Shown: positions 1 to 12,367 of the stretch, piece after piece
Layout: every line of letters starts with the position of its first letter
Numbering within the stretch: the first letter of the stretch is position 1
Assembly (NCBI GenBank): GCA_964035575.1
Contig: OZ037838.1
Location: forward strand, 1,984,001 to 2,048,000
Length of the DNA stretch: 64,000 nucleotides
Source of the DNA: Rhynchopus sp. YZ270_cl-10
Taxonomy: Eukaryota
Reading direction: 5' to 3'
Notes under the pieces: generated by a model
What the model was told of the DNA's origin: nothing
The model's input: the letters and a program-made list of their open reading frames with translations, nothing else
Database searches by the model: none
Translations under genes and position numbers: made by a program

Positions 1-1425
1 TGTGTCGGTGCCGCACTCACCTTCACAGGCTACTTCTTCCTCAACAAAGCCGCCACAGGCTGGGACACACCCTTCCCCGCTCTGCTGCTGCTCTGCTGGA
101 TGTGGGGGAACGGCTCCTCGTACTACAATACTGTCGCAGTGTCGACCAGCATAAAGAACTTTCCACACCACCGCGGGATGATCACCGGGTTGATGGCCTC
201 CTTTTTTGGCCTCAGTGCGAGTGTGCTGCTGCAGTTCTATTTTGTGTTTTTCAAGCCAACACCTTTGGAGGCGTCAGACGGCGTTGTTTTGGCTCCTGAG
301 GACCATGTGGTGCACGAAACGGATGGGGTGCCTGATTTTTTGCTGTTTCTTGGTATTGCTTCAGCGTGTGTTGGGCTGGTGGCCGTGGTGTTCGTGTCGC
401 CTGCTGTGCCTGTTCAGGTGTCGGGCGCTGTGTCACGCAGACTGCGTGCCGCGTACGTTATCATTCTCTCTACTGCTGCAGTGCTGCTCGCTGCTGCCAT
501 CTACACCGCTGCTGAAGACGAAGGGCAAGGTGGCGGCACACCTGTCGAGATCGCTGTGCTCTGCGTGATGATGTTCCTGCTCGGCACCCTCGGCCTCCTC
601 CCGTTCCGCGCAGATCCACAGGTTGCAGTCACAGAAGAAGCAGCAACAACTTCCTGCAGCAAGACGTGCCTGCGTCCGAGCGAGGTCTTCCGAAGGGTAG
701 AGTTTTGGTGTCTCTTCGGCGCGTTGCTGCCCACTATGGGTGGCGGGTTGATGGTTCTGAACAATGTTGCGCAGATGGCGCGGGCACGTGGGTACGGCAA
801 TATCAGCGCAGTTCTGGTGCAGCTGATGTCGGTGTGCAACTGCTGCGCACGGCTTGCGATCGGCGCAGCTTCGGACGGTCTAGGGAAGCGCGTCTCGCGG
901 ACAGTCTTCTTCTGCGGGGTTCTGTTCCTGACGGTGTGCGCACAGCTGGTGCTCCTCATCCCTGTCGACTTTGCAATGATTCTCGGCAGCTGTGTTGCTG
1001 CCTTCGCTTACGGTTCCGCCTGGGCCATTTTCCCACCACTCATCTCTGAGCTCTTTGGCCTGCAGTACCTGGCAACGCTGTACTCCGTTACCGTAGTCTC
1101 TGCGTGCCTCGGGTCGCTCATCTTTTCCACCCTCATTGCATCTGCAGTGTACGAAGAACATCAGGACCCCAGTGGCGACTGCTACGGTGATGTCTGCTAC
1201 CGCCTTACGCATACTATAGTCGCGATTTCAGCCAGTGTGGGGCTTGTCTTCGCATGTGTCCTTTGGCATCGTACACGAGACCACGGCATGCAGCTGTTGC
1301 CTATGGATGACGAAGAGAGGCGAGAAGGCAGAGCTGCTTCAGAGAGTGACACCCTGCTTGACGAAACGCTTGCGACAGTCAAGGTTTCGGAGGGTACTGC
1401 AAGGAATGTGCTTCTCGCAACCTAA
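1..1425 (+). CDS. Nodulin-like / MCH1-type major facilitator superfamily transporter (5'-partial)
   Basis: The frame is open from base 1 (CVGAALTFTGYFFL...) into the 441-aa ORF. It has many hydrophobic helices, the nodulin-like motif KNFPHHRGMITGLMASFFGLS, MFS motifs GRL/ARLAIGAASD and ISELFGL, and a C-terminal CYGDVCY typical of this family. No introns. Confidence 0.85.
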   Translation, partial: CVGAALTFTGYFFLNKAATGWDTPFPALLLLCWMWGNGSSYYNTVAVSTSIKNFPHHRGMITGLMASFFGLSASVLLQFYFVFFKPTPLEASDGVVLAPEDHVVHETDGVPDFLLFLGIASACVGLVAVVFVSPAVPVQVSGAVSRRLRAAYVIILSTAAVLLAAAIYTAAEDEGQGGGTPVEIAVLCVMMFLLGTLGLLPFRADPQVAVTEEAATTSCSKTCLRPSEVFRRVEFWCLFGALLPTMGGGLMVLNNVAQMARARGYGNISAVLVQLMSVCNCCARLAIGAASDGLGKRVSRTVFFCGVLFLTVCAQLVLLIPVDFAMILGSCVAAFAYGSAWAIFPPLISELFGLQYLATLYSVTVVSACLGSLIFSTLIASAVYEEHQDPSGDCYGDVCYRLTHTIVAISASVGLVFACVLWHRTRDHGMQLLPMDDEERREGRAASESDTLLDETLATVKVSEGTARNVLLAT

Positions 1426-2900
1426 GAGGGGGTAGGGGGAAGGGGGGGAAAGGGGGGGGTTTTTTGTGGTGATGACGAAAAAGGATTGCCAGAAACAGAG
1501 ACTGTTTTTCTGGTTCTGCAAGCAGTCCACGGGTGGTTCTCGGGTGGTGTGTTTAGAATTTGTATTTTTTTTTTACATTGGGGAAACTGATTGTCAATTT
1601 CCCTTTCGAGCGGAACACATGTTGGCTCCTTTTCTTTTATTACGTTGCGCACAGTGCCTCTACGTTCATATACAGTTGCAGAATTCTCATATTCCTGCAA
1701 CGTTTGCAGCGCTCCCTATCGAGGGTGAACCGCACACAAGCACGTTTGGATGCGCAGTGTGGCAAAATACCCATCTTTCCAGATTTCCCCGTTTTAGAAT
1801 CAACAGAGTGTTAACCCTAATTTTTTTTGCGTACGAATCGAAAATCCCAGAACAGAGTTCTACACTATTTTGTTTGCACTGCGACACTGCAAGTCTGTCC
1901 ATGTTTTACGATAAAAGAGTGAAGTACTCCACTAAAGAAATCGAGCAAAATGTGGTGAACTCGTCAGTGCCCGCTTGCGAAAGTGAATTTTACTTTACAA
2001 ATAATGTACCATTACGAGGCACATTCACATGGTACAAGTCTTCTTCCTAAAAGATTTGAACTTGGAACCATCCTTCAGGTATGGTGCAGCCTTCCTGCTT
2101 GGCCTTCCTGAGATTTACAAATTGCGTGTTTTTCTTCAATATTGCTTCATTTTTTGTATGTTACGTTTCGATACCAATTTACCGTGTGGCATTATGCGTT
2201 GTGAAAAACTGATGGGACAAACGAAAGCTCGTTCAGTGAAGGTGTTTCAGATGTGCACGAGAGGCACGTTTATGTTTCAACATTTTTTTAAAGTTTTTTC
2301 TGTTGTCTCGACAAATCAGTTTCTAATTTTTTGTGTTGACCAGGATACATTAGTCCCTGGTTATGGTACTATTGTTTGTTTGTTTTGCTCTGCCAGAGTG
2401 GCAGCACTTGGCCTGTTCGGGTTTACGGTTGTGTTTGGCAAAGGCACATTCATCAACTCAAGCTTTATTAAATTAAAGGACACAGCCTGCATACTTTCCT
2501 GCAACTTAGGCACAGTCAGCACACCCCAGTGTGGCCATTGTCCTTCGTTTTTGTGATATGCAGAAACGTGTGGGGAGCTCTCCTGAGTTCATCCACATCC
2601 AATATTCACGTCTGTTGCTACCTTATTTGTTTCTTGTTCCCGAACCGGTCTGTTTGCTCCCCATCAGGCGATAGGCTTCCACTCCCGAATGGGATGGGTT
2701 GCCATGTGCGTGACTTTTATGCTTGGTTATTTGTCCACAAGAGTCGCTCAAATGAAAGAACGTGTGTTTTGCTTTTCCCACTTCCCCACAAAGTCCTGGC
2801 AATGTTGTCCCACGTACTTTCTCTTCAGCATCTGCATCGCAGCATCATCCCACATACGTTGCCTTATCTTGCTCCTCACCACATCACACATCCCCAGACA

Positions 2901-2931
2901 CTCACTCTCTTCCCTTTTCTGTACACCTCAG
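2901..2931 (+). promoter_or_regulatory. Putative (trans-)splice acceptor: polypyrimidine tract plus CAG 4 nt before the ATG
   Basis: CTCACTCTCTTCCCTTTTCTGTACACCTCAG|AACAATG; the same signal lies upstream of copy 2 (about 7923-7953). Confidence 0.45.
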
Positions 2932-2935
2932 AACA

Positions 2936-5563
2936 ATGGCGACATGCGGGATCCAGTCGCTGACAGTGTTGCTGTGTGTGGTGCTGATTCTGTCGACAGG
3001 TGCGATCATCGGTGGCTTCACTCTGTCAACATGGGACGACCTTCTGGAGAAGGCACGTGACACAGGTGACGAGGGCTTCGGGATGTGTCTCGACAGTGGT
3101 ACGGCGGACATTGAAACGGTCTCGGCACGCTACCTGCGCTCCGTCCTTGGCAACGTGGACACGGCGGTGCTGGAGTACCTGAAGGTGCCTGAGCAGCTGA
3201 TGATGTCTGTTGCCAACCTGGCGAAGGCACACCACCCAGACGTCAGCACGAGCCCCGCCTTTATGACGAATATCATGCGTCCTGCACTTATATCCAATTT
3301 CAAGGCTGGTGCTGACGTTGGGCTTGCCTTCCTCGAATACGAAGTGTACCCGTGGAGTCCGGCACATCCTGTTCCTTGGAAAATGTCAGAAGGGTACGCA
3401 GGCAGGGGCGCGCGGACCAGGATCGCACCGTTGAGTACATCGGGAGGTATCTTGCCGACGAACGGCACGAAGGTTCTCATGTTATTAGAACTGCTAGACC
3501 CGGTGACGCTGCAGCCAGGGCAATCGGACATCGTCATCTTTACCGAAGTGAACGACGTGGGAGTCTTGAAGTATCCCTCAGAACCGTGCAACCAGCTACC
3601 AGACTACAACAAAGGCGAGGTCAAGGGAATGTGCTTCTATCCCATTGCTATGCTCGAACCCCCGGGTTCCCAAGCCTTTCTTGAACAGCAACGCGGGCTC
3701 CACAACTTGGGTGCTGACGATCCGCCCATAAACCCTGCAGAGACGTTTGTCTACTCACCCGCGAATGCACGCTGGGATAGCATGTCATGGGCTGTCAGCT
3801 ACACCTTCAGCCACCCAGATACGTACACGATGTACCCCAAGCAAGGCAAGCGTCTGGGTACTATCACATCCGCCGTGACTACGCAGGGAGTAACCGACGT
3901 GGTGCGTGCACAGCTGCTCCCGACCGGCACATCGCTGTACATGGTTGAAGACTCATCAGGATCAGTGGGGACACTTGTGGCGTACAACAGAGGACGGGAG
4001 CTGAGGAAGGTACGAGAAATGACCATACTTGGCATCGTGCTAGACATAGTATACAGCATGAACATAACAAACCACTCGATGGAAGACGCGACGTCGCACA
4101 TCCCCTCAGTTATTGCAGAGCACGGTCAGTTTGCGTTCACACACCAGCGGAACTACAGAGACCTTGTGGAGATGACAAAGACGTCCTTCCTGAAGTGGTC
4201 TGACTCAAACGGCACAGAGTTCTGGACAGTCACTTCGACAATTGCACACGGATCGATTTTTTGGTATTCAACTCTTCTTGTGCCGAGGGCGTCTGTGATG
4301 GAGGCGATTGATGCGTCGACGAATGCAATCCGTGCGAAGGTGTCAGCAGACCTGTCCTCTGCAGACGCACAGAAGGAGGATGCGGTGATTGTGATGGTGA
4401 TTGTGACGGCGGTTGCGGTGATCGGACTTCTTGCCATTGCTGTTGTGTTCACACGCTACATCACATTACCTCTGCTGAAGCTTGGGAGTGAGATGGCAAG
4501 TGTGGCTGTGATGGACCTGGAGGCTGTGGACACGGGCCGTGCAGTGTCTCAGCTGAGTGAAGTGGGGGTGATGCAGCGCAGCTTTGTTACCATGGTGGCG
4601 AACCTGGTGGAGTACCGGAACTACATGCCGCAAAGTGTGCTTGTCAACGACAGTGAGACAGAGGAAGAACCCACAGAATCAGCCGAGTCTGTGCGGAAGT
4701 CGCGAGTACAGGGGGGGTCTCATGGCTCATCCGATTCCCGTTGCACAGACTCGATGCACAGCTCAGAGGCGGTGCAGAACCAGAAGGCACTGCTGCGTGT
4801 GGAAGGGATGAAGAAGAAGAAGGTGTCGTTGGCACACATGAACGTCGTGGCGTGGCACGCCTTCATCAAGAAGCACAAGGACGCAGAGATGCTCTCCGCA
4901 CACGCTGGTGTGGTGGAGAGGATCCTGACAGCAGTGCAGCACAACAAGGGTGTGTGCGACACGTTTGCTGGCGACAAGATACTTGCCACCTTCAACGCCT
5001 TTGTTCCGAAGCCTTCGCACAGTGTTGCTTGTGTGAAGGCTGCACACGAAGTGGCAACAGCACTTGGTGATGTGCACAGGATCTCGTATGGCTGCACAAC
5101 AGGCGAGGCACGTGTTGGGAACATGGGTTGCAACGGGATGAAGAAGGTGTCGATTCTTTCTGAGTCGATGTCGTGGGTGGTTGTTCTTGAGCGTTGGAAC
5201 AAAATGAACGACCTGCCTGGTGTCATCGACCGCAATGTGTCACGTGATACGGAGGGACAGGTGGTGCTGCGTTGTGAAGGTGCTGTGCTGTTTAAGAAGT
5301 TGAGTGAGAATGTGCAGACTGTGTTTTCCGTACGTGGTCTGTGCAGCAGCGAAAACGAGGAGTGGATGTACCAACTGGAGTCTGCTTCAAACAACCCGCA
5401 CGCACTGTGGAACGAGGTCTTCGAGCACGTCATCAAACAGGACTTTGAGAAGGCTTCTTCTCTTCTGGAAAGCGTCGCTCAGGACCAACGCACACCTTAC
5501 GAAGAGCTTGTGGGCTACGTGGCGGCGAAGGCTTATGCACCGTTCGTTGTGATAATGCATTGA
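2936..5563 (+). CDS. Receptor-type class III nucleotide cyclase-like protein, copy 1 (TM-ectodomain-TM-HAMP-degenerate cyclase), 875 aa, intact frame
   Basis: ATG at 2936 matches the start of the paralogues (MATCGIQS). It has an N-terminal TM, a second TM (VIVMVIVTAVAVIGLLAIAVVF), a HAMP-like segment (ITLPLLKLGSEM...SEVGVMQRSFVTMVANL) and cyclase-fold motifs GVCDTFAGDKILATFN and GCTTGEARVGNMG. Confidence 0.8.
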   Translation: MATCGIQSLTVLLCVVLILSTGAIIGGFTLSTWDDLLEKARDTGDEGFGMCLDSGTADIETVSARYLRSVLGNVDTAVLEYLKVPEQLMMSVANLAKAHHPDVSTSPAFMTNIMRPALISNFKAGADVGLAFLEYEVYPWSPAHPVPWKMSEGYAGRGARTRIAPLSTSGGILPTNGTKVLMLLELLDPVTLQPGQSDIVIFTEVNDVGVLKYPSEPCNQLPDYNKGEVKGMCFYPIAMLEPPGSQAFLEQQRGLHNLGADDPPINPAETFVYSPANARWDSMSWAVSYTFSHPDTYTMYPKQGKRLGTITSAVTTQGVTDVVRAQLLPTGTSLYMVEDSSGSVGTLVAYNRGRELRKVREMTILGIVLDIVYSMNITNHSMEDATSHIPSVIAEHGQFAFTHQRNYRDLVEMTKTSFLKWSDSNGTEFWTVTSTIAHGSIFWYSTLLVPRASVMEAIDASTNAIRAKVSADLSSADAQKEDAVIVMVIVTAVAVIGLLAIAVVFTRYITLPLLKLGSEMASVAVMDLEAVDTGRAVSQLSEVGVMQRSFVTMVANLVEYRNYMPQSVLVNDSETEEEPTESAESVRKSRVQGGSHGSSDSRCTDSMHSSEAVQNQKALLRVEGMKKKKVSLAHMNVVAWHAFIKKHKDAEMLSAHAGVVERILTAVQHNKGVCDTFAGDKILATFNAFVPKPSHSVACVKAAHEVATALGDVHRISYGCTTGEARVGNMGCNGMKKVSILSESMSWVVVLERWNKMNDLPGVIDRNVSRDTEGQVVLRCEGAVLFKKLSENVQTVFSVRGLCSSENEEWMYQLESASNNPHALWNEVFEHVIKQDFEKASSLLESVAQDQRTPYEELVGYVAAKAYAPFVVIMH

Positions 5564-7957
5564 GTTCGCGTTGTATTGTTCATAGCTCGGAAGTGAAACA
5601 GTTTTGCGAAAGCATTATTGTGTCGTGCATGTTTATTACGCGTATTTCGCTGACGTCTTGTGACAAAGCTCACAGAGACGATCATGTTTTAGTTTTACTT
5701 GATATGCCGTGGGGGATTCATGTTTACGCCCACACGGGTGGTGCTCTGCAGCTGACACTCCCTGTGGGACGTGTCTTATTGACTGTAATGTTTTTGTGTT
5801 GTTTGTGAAGTGGCTTTACAGTCACTACTCTCTGAAGAAGAGAGAATAGACATGGTGGCAACCTTCTTGTAGAGCGCTTTTGAGTGAAATGTGGTCGAGG
5901 CTGCTGCTTTCCGTCTTCAACACAAACAGGGATACGAAGTCCCACACCACAACCACGAGCTGGTTATCCTCCTTGTCTTTTCATCCCCTTTGCTATAATT
6001 CTTCGTCGGTGGCTGTAGCTGGTGGAAGCACTTCTCTTTACGTTTTCGTTTTGAGATGTGCCCCCAGTATTGCACAGCGTGAACCTAACCGTCTCAAACC
6101 CAAACCTTTGTTGTCAAACCCATTTTCCCATTGCGATTTTTTACGTTTTTATCAACAGAGTGTGTACGTTAAGATTTTTGACGAATTCCTTAGGGCATTC
6201 TACCTGGCGCACTTTCTCTGCGATGAAAAATGAATAGTCTGGATGCTTGGGCATCTGTACTTTTTCCCTGTTTTGGAGAAGCTTTCACCAGGGGTGTTTA
6301 TTCCGTCAGGCCACTACCGGGTTTTGGGTTGGGCACTGATGTTTTCTTTGTGCTTTTGGGCGGAGACTTTTCGGAATCTAGTTTTAGGACCCTCCCGAAG
6401 GACACCCCCGTTGTATCAACTTGTTACACCTCCTGTTTTGTGTTCATCTTTTGACCAGCAGGAGAATCTTTTGCAGCATTTTTCAGATTTTCATTAGCTT
6501 GCTTTTACACCTTCAGCCTTCACGTAGTGGTAAAATGGCTTATAGAAGTGGTGCCTAACAGCCCACAGCCTCGAGCACTTCTAGGCGTGGAGTGGAAGGA
6601 TAGTGTCTGTGTGGTTTTAGTGATTCCCTCCCCTCCCCCCTCGTTTATACTCTGTTACCGCATAAATGCTTTACACCTTTAAAAGGGCAGCAGTCTTTTG
6701 ACTAGTCTAGAGAGTGCGACACCTCCCTTGCGAGCTATCCGAAGCAGTAGCAGAGGTCATACTAAGGCTCTGCGCCTGATCGGGTGACGTACTTACCTTT
6801 TTTTGACTCCTTCCTGCGACACCCCAAATGGCGAGTAAAACAAAAAAGGGGGGTGGTGGAAATCATTTTGCATCATTTATAATTTTAGTTTTTTGTTCAG
6901 CCCTATTTTGCCCAATTCCAGCCGAATTACACCGAATTGCACCCCAAGTACATCTCAGGTGTTTTTGAGGTAGCTTACCAGGGGGTTACCTGTTTTGCTT
7001 GCTCAGGTGACGACGGGCTGCTCAGATACAGAAGAGAAGGTGACTCCCCGCTCCAGAAAAAGTAGTTTTTTGCAAGAGCTTGTTTACTACATCACTTTTC
7101 TTAGTTGTCAACGAGGCGAATTGTCGGTGTCATACTGCCTGGGTATGGTGCAAGCAGTGCGGGGCTTCTGTCTCGCCCTCTTTGCCCTGGTGGACACGAG
7201 TCGTCGGCAATGATATGTGCCATTGAAGTTGAGGACGTCGGTAAAACAATAATGCTGTGTCGTCAGCACCATGGATCTCCTCGAGCCTCCTCCTTGCATC
7301 TCCTCGGCGCTGTTGTTGGATGATCCTCAGGTACTGTTTAAAACACCTGCTACCTTACGATAGAGCTGTGCAAGCAAATCGTGCTCGTCGTCCCCGTCTT
7401 CACTGGCCAGGTACGCGAGGTACTGCGTCCACTCCTTGCTGAGTCACCTTCAGATCCATATACAACACTCACCGTGGAAAATTTGAGTTCAAGAGCGGTT
7501 TTGAGTTCCTCTGTGATCGGCACTTCCACACGCACTCGCTTCTGCAGAGACATAGTTGTTTTGTATTTATTTGATTTTTGTGTGGAACGCTTACAAATTA
7601 TAAATTACAAGAATGGTGACATAGGGGGGTGGGTGATGATTATCTTAATTGTTTCCCCTCTATCTGTCCAACACCACGCCGTATTTCTATACAGGGGGGC
7701 ACTACACAGTACTAATGTGACATGGTTAAAGCAAGGCAAAAAAACGGCATTTTTGCGCAATTGCACCCAATTACAGCCCACCGACACCCGGAATAAACGG
7801 TACATAATCTTATTAAATATGATGTTGAAATAGGTATTTCACGTTTAACCTTACTTCTTATCAGTTCCATTCCGCATACGTTGCCTTATCATGCTCCTCA
7901 CCACATCACACATCCCCAGACACTCACTCTCTTCCCTTTTCTGTACACCTCAGAACA

Positions 7958-10551
7958 ATGGCGACATGCGGGATCCAGTCGCTGACAGTGTTGCTGTGTG
8001 TGATGCTGATTCTGTCGACAGGTGCGATCATCGGTGGCTTCACTCTGTCAACATGGGACGACCTTCTGGAGAAGGCACGTGACACAGGTGACGAGGGCTT
8101 CGGGATGTGTCTCGACAGTGGTACGGCGGACATTGAAACGGTCTCGGCACGGTACCTGCGCTCCGTCCTTGGCAACGTGGACACGGCGGTGCTGGAGTAC
8201 CTGAAGGTTCCTGAACAGTTGATGATGTCTGTTGCCAACCTGGCGAAGGCACACCACCCAGACGTCAGCACGAGCCCCGCCTTTATGACGAACATCATGC
8301 GTCCTGCACTTATATCCAATTTCAAGGCTGGTGCTGACGCTGGGCTTGCCTTCCTCGCATACGAAGCGTACCCGTGGAGTCCGGCACATCCTGTTCCGTG
8401 GAAAATGTCAGAAGGGTACGCAGGGTGGGGCTCGCGGTGCCTGATCGCACCGTTGACTACAGCGTCAGGCATCCTACCGACGAACGGCACGAAGGTTATC
8501 TTTAAATTAGAAATGACAGACCCGGTGACGCTGCAGCCAGGGCAATCGGACATGCTCCTCTTATCCGAAGTGAACGACGTGGGAGTCTTGAAGTATCCCT
8601 CAGAACCATGCAACCATCGCCCAGACTACAGCAAAGGCGAGGTAAAGGGAATGTGCTTCTATCCCGTAGCTATGCTCGAACCCCCGGGTTCCCAAACCCA
8701 TCTCGCCCATCAACGCGAGCTCTACTACTTGGGTGCTGACGATCCACCCCTGAACCCTGCAGAGACGATAGTCTACCCGCAATGGCACGCTGGGACCACA
8801 TGTCATGGGAGATCAGCTACACCTTCAGCCACCCAGATATGTACACGATGTACCCCAAGCAAGGCAAGCGTGTGGGTACTGTAACGTCCGCCGTGACTAC
8901 GCAGGGGGTAACCGACGTGGTGCGTGCACAGCTGCTCCCGACCGGCACATCGCTGTACCTTGTTGAGGACTCATCAGGATCAGTGGGGACACTTGTGGCG
9001 TACAACAGAGGACGGGAGCTGAAGACGGTACGAGAAATGAGCTCGCTTGGCATCGTGTTAGATCTTGTGTACAGCATCAACATAACGAACCACTCAATGG
9101 AAGACGCGACGTCGCACATCCCCTCAGTGATTGCAGAGCACGGTCGGTTCGCGTTCACACACCTGCGGAATTACAGAGACCTTGTGGATATGACAAAGAC
9201 GTCTTTCCTGAAGTGGTCTGACTCAAACGGCACAGAGTTCTGGACAATCACGTCGATAATTGCACACGGATCGATTTTTTGGTATTCAACTCTTCTTGTG
9301 CCGAGGGCGTCTGTGATGGAGGCGATTGATGCGTCGACGAATGCAATCCGTGCGAAGGTGTCAGCAGACCTGTCCTCTGCAGACGCACAGAAGGAGGATG
9401 CGGTGATTGTGATGGTGATTGTGACGGCGGTTGCGGTGATCGGACTTCTTGCCATTGCTGTTGTGTTCACACGCTACATCACATCACCTCTGCTGAAGCT
9501 TGGGAGTGAGATGGCAAGTGTGGCTGTGATGGACCTGGAGGCTGTGGACACGGGCCGTGCAGTGTCTCAGCTGAGTGAAGTGGGGGTGATGCAGCGCAGC
9601 TTTGTTACCATGGTGGCGAACCTGGTGGAGTACCGTAACTACATGCCGCAGAGTGTGCTTGTCAACGACAGTGAGACAGAGGAAGTGTCAGAGACGGATT
9701 CTACACAGGGTCTGAAGTCGCAGCAGTCAGGCTTGTCCAGCGGTTCAGCTGATGCGATGCAGAACCAGAAGACACTGCTGCGTGTGGAAGGAATGAAGAA
9801 GAAGAAGGTGTCGTTGGCACACATGAACGTCGTGGCGTGGCACGCCTTCATCAAGAAGCACAAGGACGCAGAGATGCTCTCCGCACACGCTGGTGTGGTG
9901 GAGAGGATCCTGACAGCAGTGCAGCACAACAAAGGTGTGTGCGACACATTTGCTGGCGACAAGATACTTGCCACCTTCAACGCCTTTATTCCGAAGCCTT
10001 CGCACAGTGTTGCTTGTGTGAAGTCTGCACACGAAGTAGCAACAGCACTTGGTGATGATCTCAAGATCTCGTATGGCTGCACGACAGGCGAGGCACGTGT
10101 TGGGAACATGGGCTGCAACGGTATGAAGAAGGTGTCGATTCTTTCTGAGTCGATGTCATGGGTGGTTGTGCTTGAGCGTTGGAACAGAATGAACGACCTG
10201 CCTGGTGTCATCGACCGCAATGTGTCACGTGATACGGAGGGACAGGTGGTGCTGCGTTGTGAAGGTGCTGTGCTGTTTAAGAAGTTGAGTGAGAACGTGC
10301 AGACTGTGTTTTCCGTACGTGGTCTGTGCAGCAGCGAAAACGAGGAGTGGATGTACCAGCTGCTGGAGTCTGCTTCAAACAACCCGCACGCACTGTGGAA
10401 CGAGGTCTTCGAGCACATCATCAAACAGGACTTTGGGAAGGCGTCTTCTTTGCTGGACAACGTCACTCAGGACCAACGCACACCTTACGAAGAGCTTGTG
10501 GGCTATGTGGGAGAGAAGGACTATGCACCATATATTGTGTCAATGCACTAA
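7958..10551 (+). pseudogene. Cyclase-like receptor copy 2, split by a 4-nt deletion near 8776
   Basis: ORFs 7958-8884 and 8782-10551 together cover the copy 1 protein. Copy 2 reads GTCTAC-CCGCA-ATG where copy 3 reads GTCTAC-TCACCAGCA-ATG. An assembly error is not excluded. Confidence 0.7.
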
Positions 10552-11384
10552 TGACACTCGAGTTTGGGGTGCAAAGTTTTCCATAATTTTTATGCGCGGG
10601 TACACAAGCATTATTGTTATTACATCTCTCAGAATGTTATGTCAAGCGACGCTAGGGACAGTTCAGTGAACCCACGAGGGGTACAAAGGGTTGGATATCC
10701 CGTTTCAAGGTTGTGTCGACTAGACGGGAAATCTATGAGTACGCGAGAGAATTCAGAACAAAACAACACCTACCCTATCCACACTAAATTTTTATGCAAT
10801 AGCATGGCAATTTAGTGTGTTTAGGGCAGGTTTGGCCCAAAAATTTCCGTGACAAATAGTCAACAAGGAGTGTGAAATATGCACTGGTTTTCTGGGAACG
10901 CAATATTTTCTTGTGTCTAGTCCTCCGCAAGCAGAGGACATACTTTCCGGATTCGAAAGTCGAATTTCTTGTGCGAAGCGCTGCAAAGTTTGCAGCGCTT
11001 CGCTTTTGAGAGTGAACCGCACACAAGCACGTTTGGCTGCGCAGTGTGGCAAAATACCCATCTTACCTCTTTTGTGCTCCGCCACCGACACTCAACAAAC
11101 GGTCGAGATCTGATCAAGCGAAACGGATATATATTTTTCTTTTTTCAGAAAGTTTACACTTGCCAGACACGCAGAGACATAAGCCTCTGAGAGTGACCAG
11201 AACTGGCCTCATGAACAAAGTGACCCCGTCACAGCCAGAACGCGACTCAATTGGTCAAACGCCGAAGGAAAAGGAAGCATGCAGCATGGCGAAAATAATA
11301 AAACCTACATTCTTGAGCTCTTCTAAACGACGTGATTTTCATTGGACGCATCCCCTTCTCCAATTCAATTCAACAACTGTAGCT

Positions 11385-12072
11385 TTCTCCCTCAAAATTC
11401 GATAACACAACCTGCGCCGAAGCTGCTGAGGTCGGAAGACAAAGAGTGAGGGAGAAGGGTCACAACCCTCAAAATTCGATAACACAACCTGCGCCGAAGC
11501 TGCTGAGGTCGGAAGACGAAGAGTGAGGACGGCGGGCCACATGCATAAACATGAATCCAACTGCTGGGCGTGTTTGCTGTATGAAAGACAGTATACCCAT
11601 CAGTACGAACAAAAAGAGTGTAGAATAGTTGACAACAGTACGTCCCTCGACGGTACTGTGTATAAAACCTGCCCTAGGGTACTGAGTATTCATATAAGCA
11701 GAACATGGTTCGCGAGCAGTAGGTTCAAATGCATTACAGAAACAAATAACAACAGTAACACCTGTAACTTTCTCCCTCAAATTTCGATAACACAACCTGC
11801 GCCGAAGCTGCTGAGGTCGGAAGACGAAGAGTGAGGGCGGAGGGCCACATGCATAAACATGAATCCAAATGCTGGGCGTGTTTGCTGTATGAAAGACAGT
11901 ATCCCCATCAGTACGAACAAAAAGAGTGTAGAATAGTTGACAACAGTACGTCCCTCGACGGTACTGTGTATAAAGCCGGTCCTAGGGTACTATGAGTCTT
12001 CAAAAAAGCAGAACATGATTCGCGAGCAGTAGGTTCAAATGCATTACAGAAACAATTAACCACAGTAACAAC
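11385..12072. repeat. Local duplications: a ~60-bp motif x3 (11391, 11468, 11776) and a ~305-bp tandem duplication
   Basis: CTCAAA(A/T)TTCGATAACACAACCTGCGCCGAAGCTGCTGAGGTCGGAAGAC recurs three times; 11468-11760 is repeated at 11776-12070. Confidence 0.85.
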
Positions 12073-12098
12073 AATAACGCCAAATATCTATTTCCCCC

Positions 12099-12367
12099 TT
12101 TTTTTTTTTTTTTTTTTTGAAAAACGCTAATAACTTTTTAGCCCCCCTCTGTAAGTGTTGATTGAATTGGAGTCGGGGAGCACAAGCAAAGGGCAATGAA
12201 AGGAAAACAATGAGTAAAAGAACAAGATAGAAGAGCCAGTATTTATGTCTGACTTACACACGCAATTCCAATCATTCGAACCGAAGCCGCCCAAACATTT
12301 CGGTCTGTATTATTTCCTAACAACCGTGCGCGTACCGCTTCGTGTGTTGTGTACAAAAATAATAAAA
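12099..12367 (-). mobile_element. Short poly(A)-tailed retroposon-like repeat, copy A
   Basis: A poly-T run followed by ~250 bp that is essentially identical to 18537-18800; no ORF. Confidence 0.5.

Noticed and set aside
2762..2935. 58-aa N-terminal extension of receptor copy 1 from a GTG start
   Set aside because: The paralogues start at MATCGIQS, and the extension covers the pyrimidine tract and acceptor.
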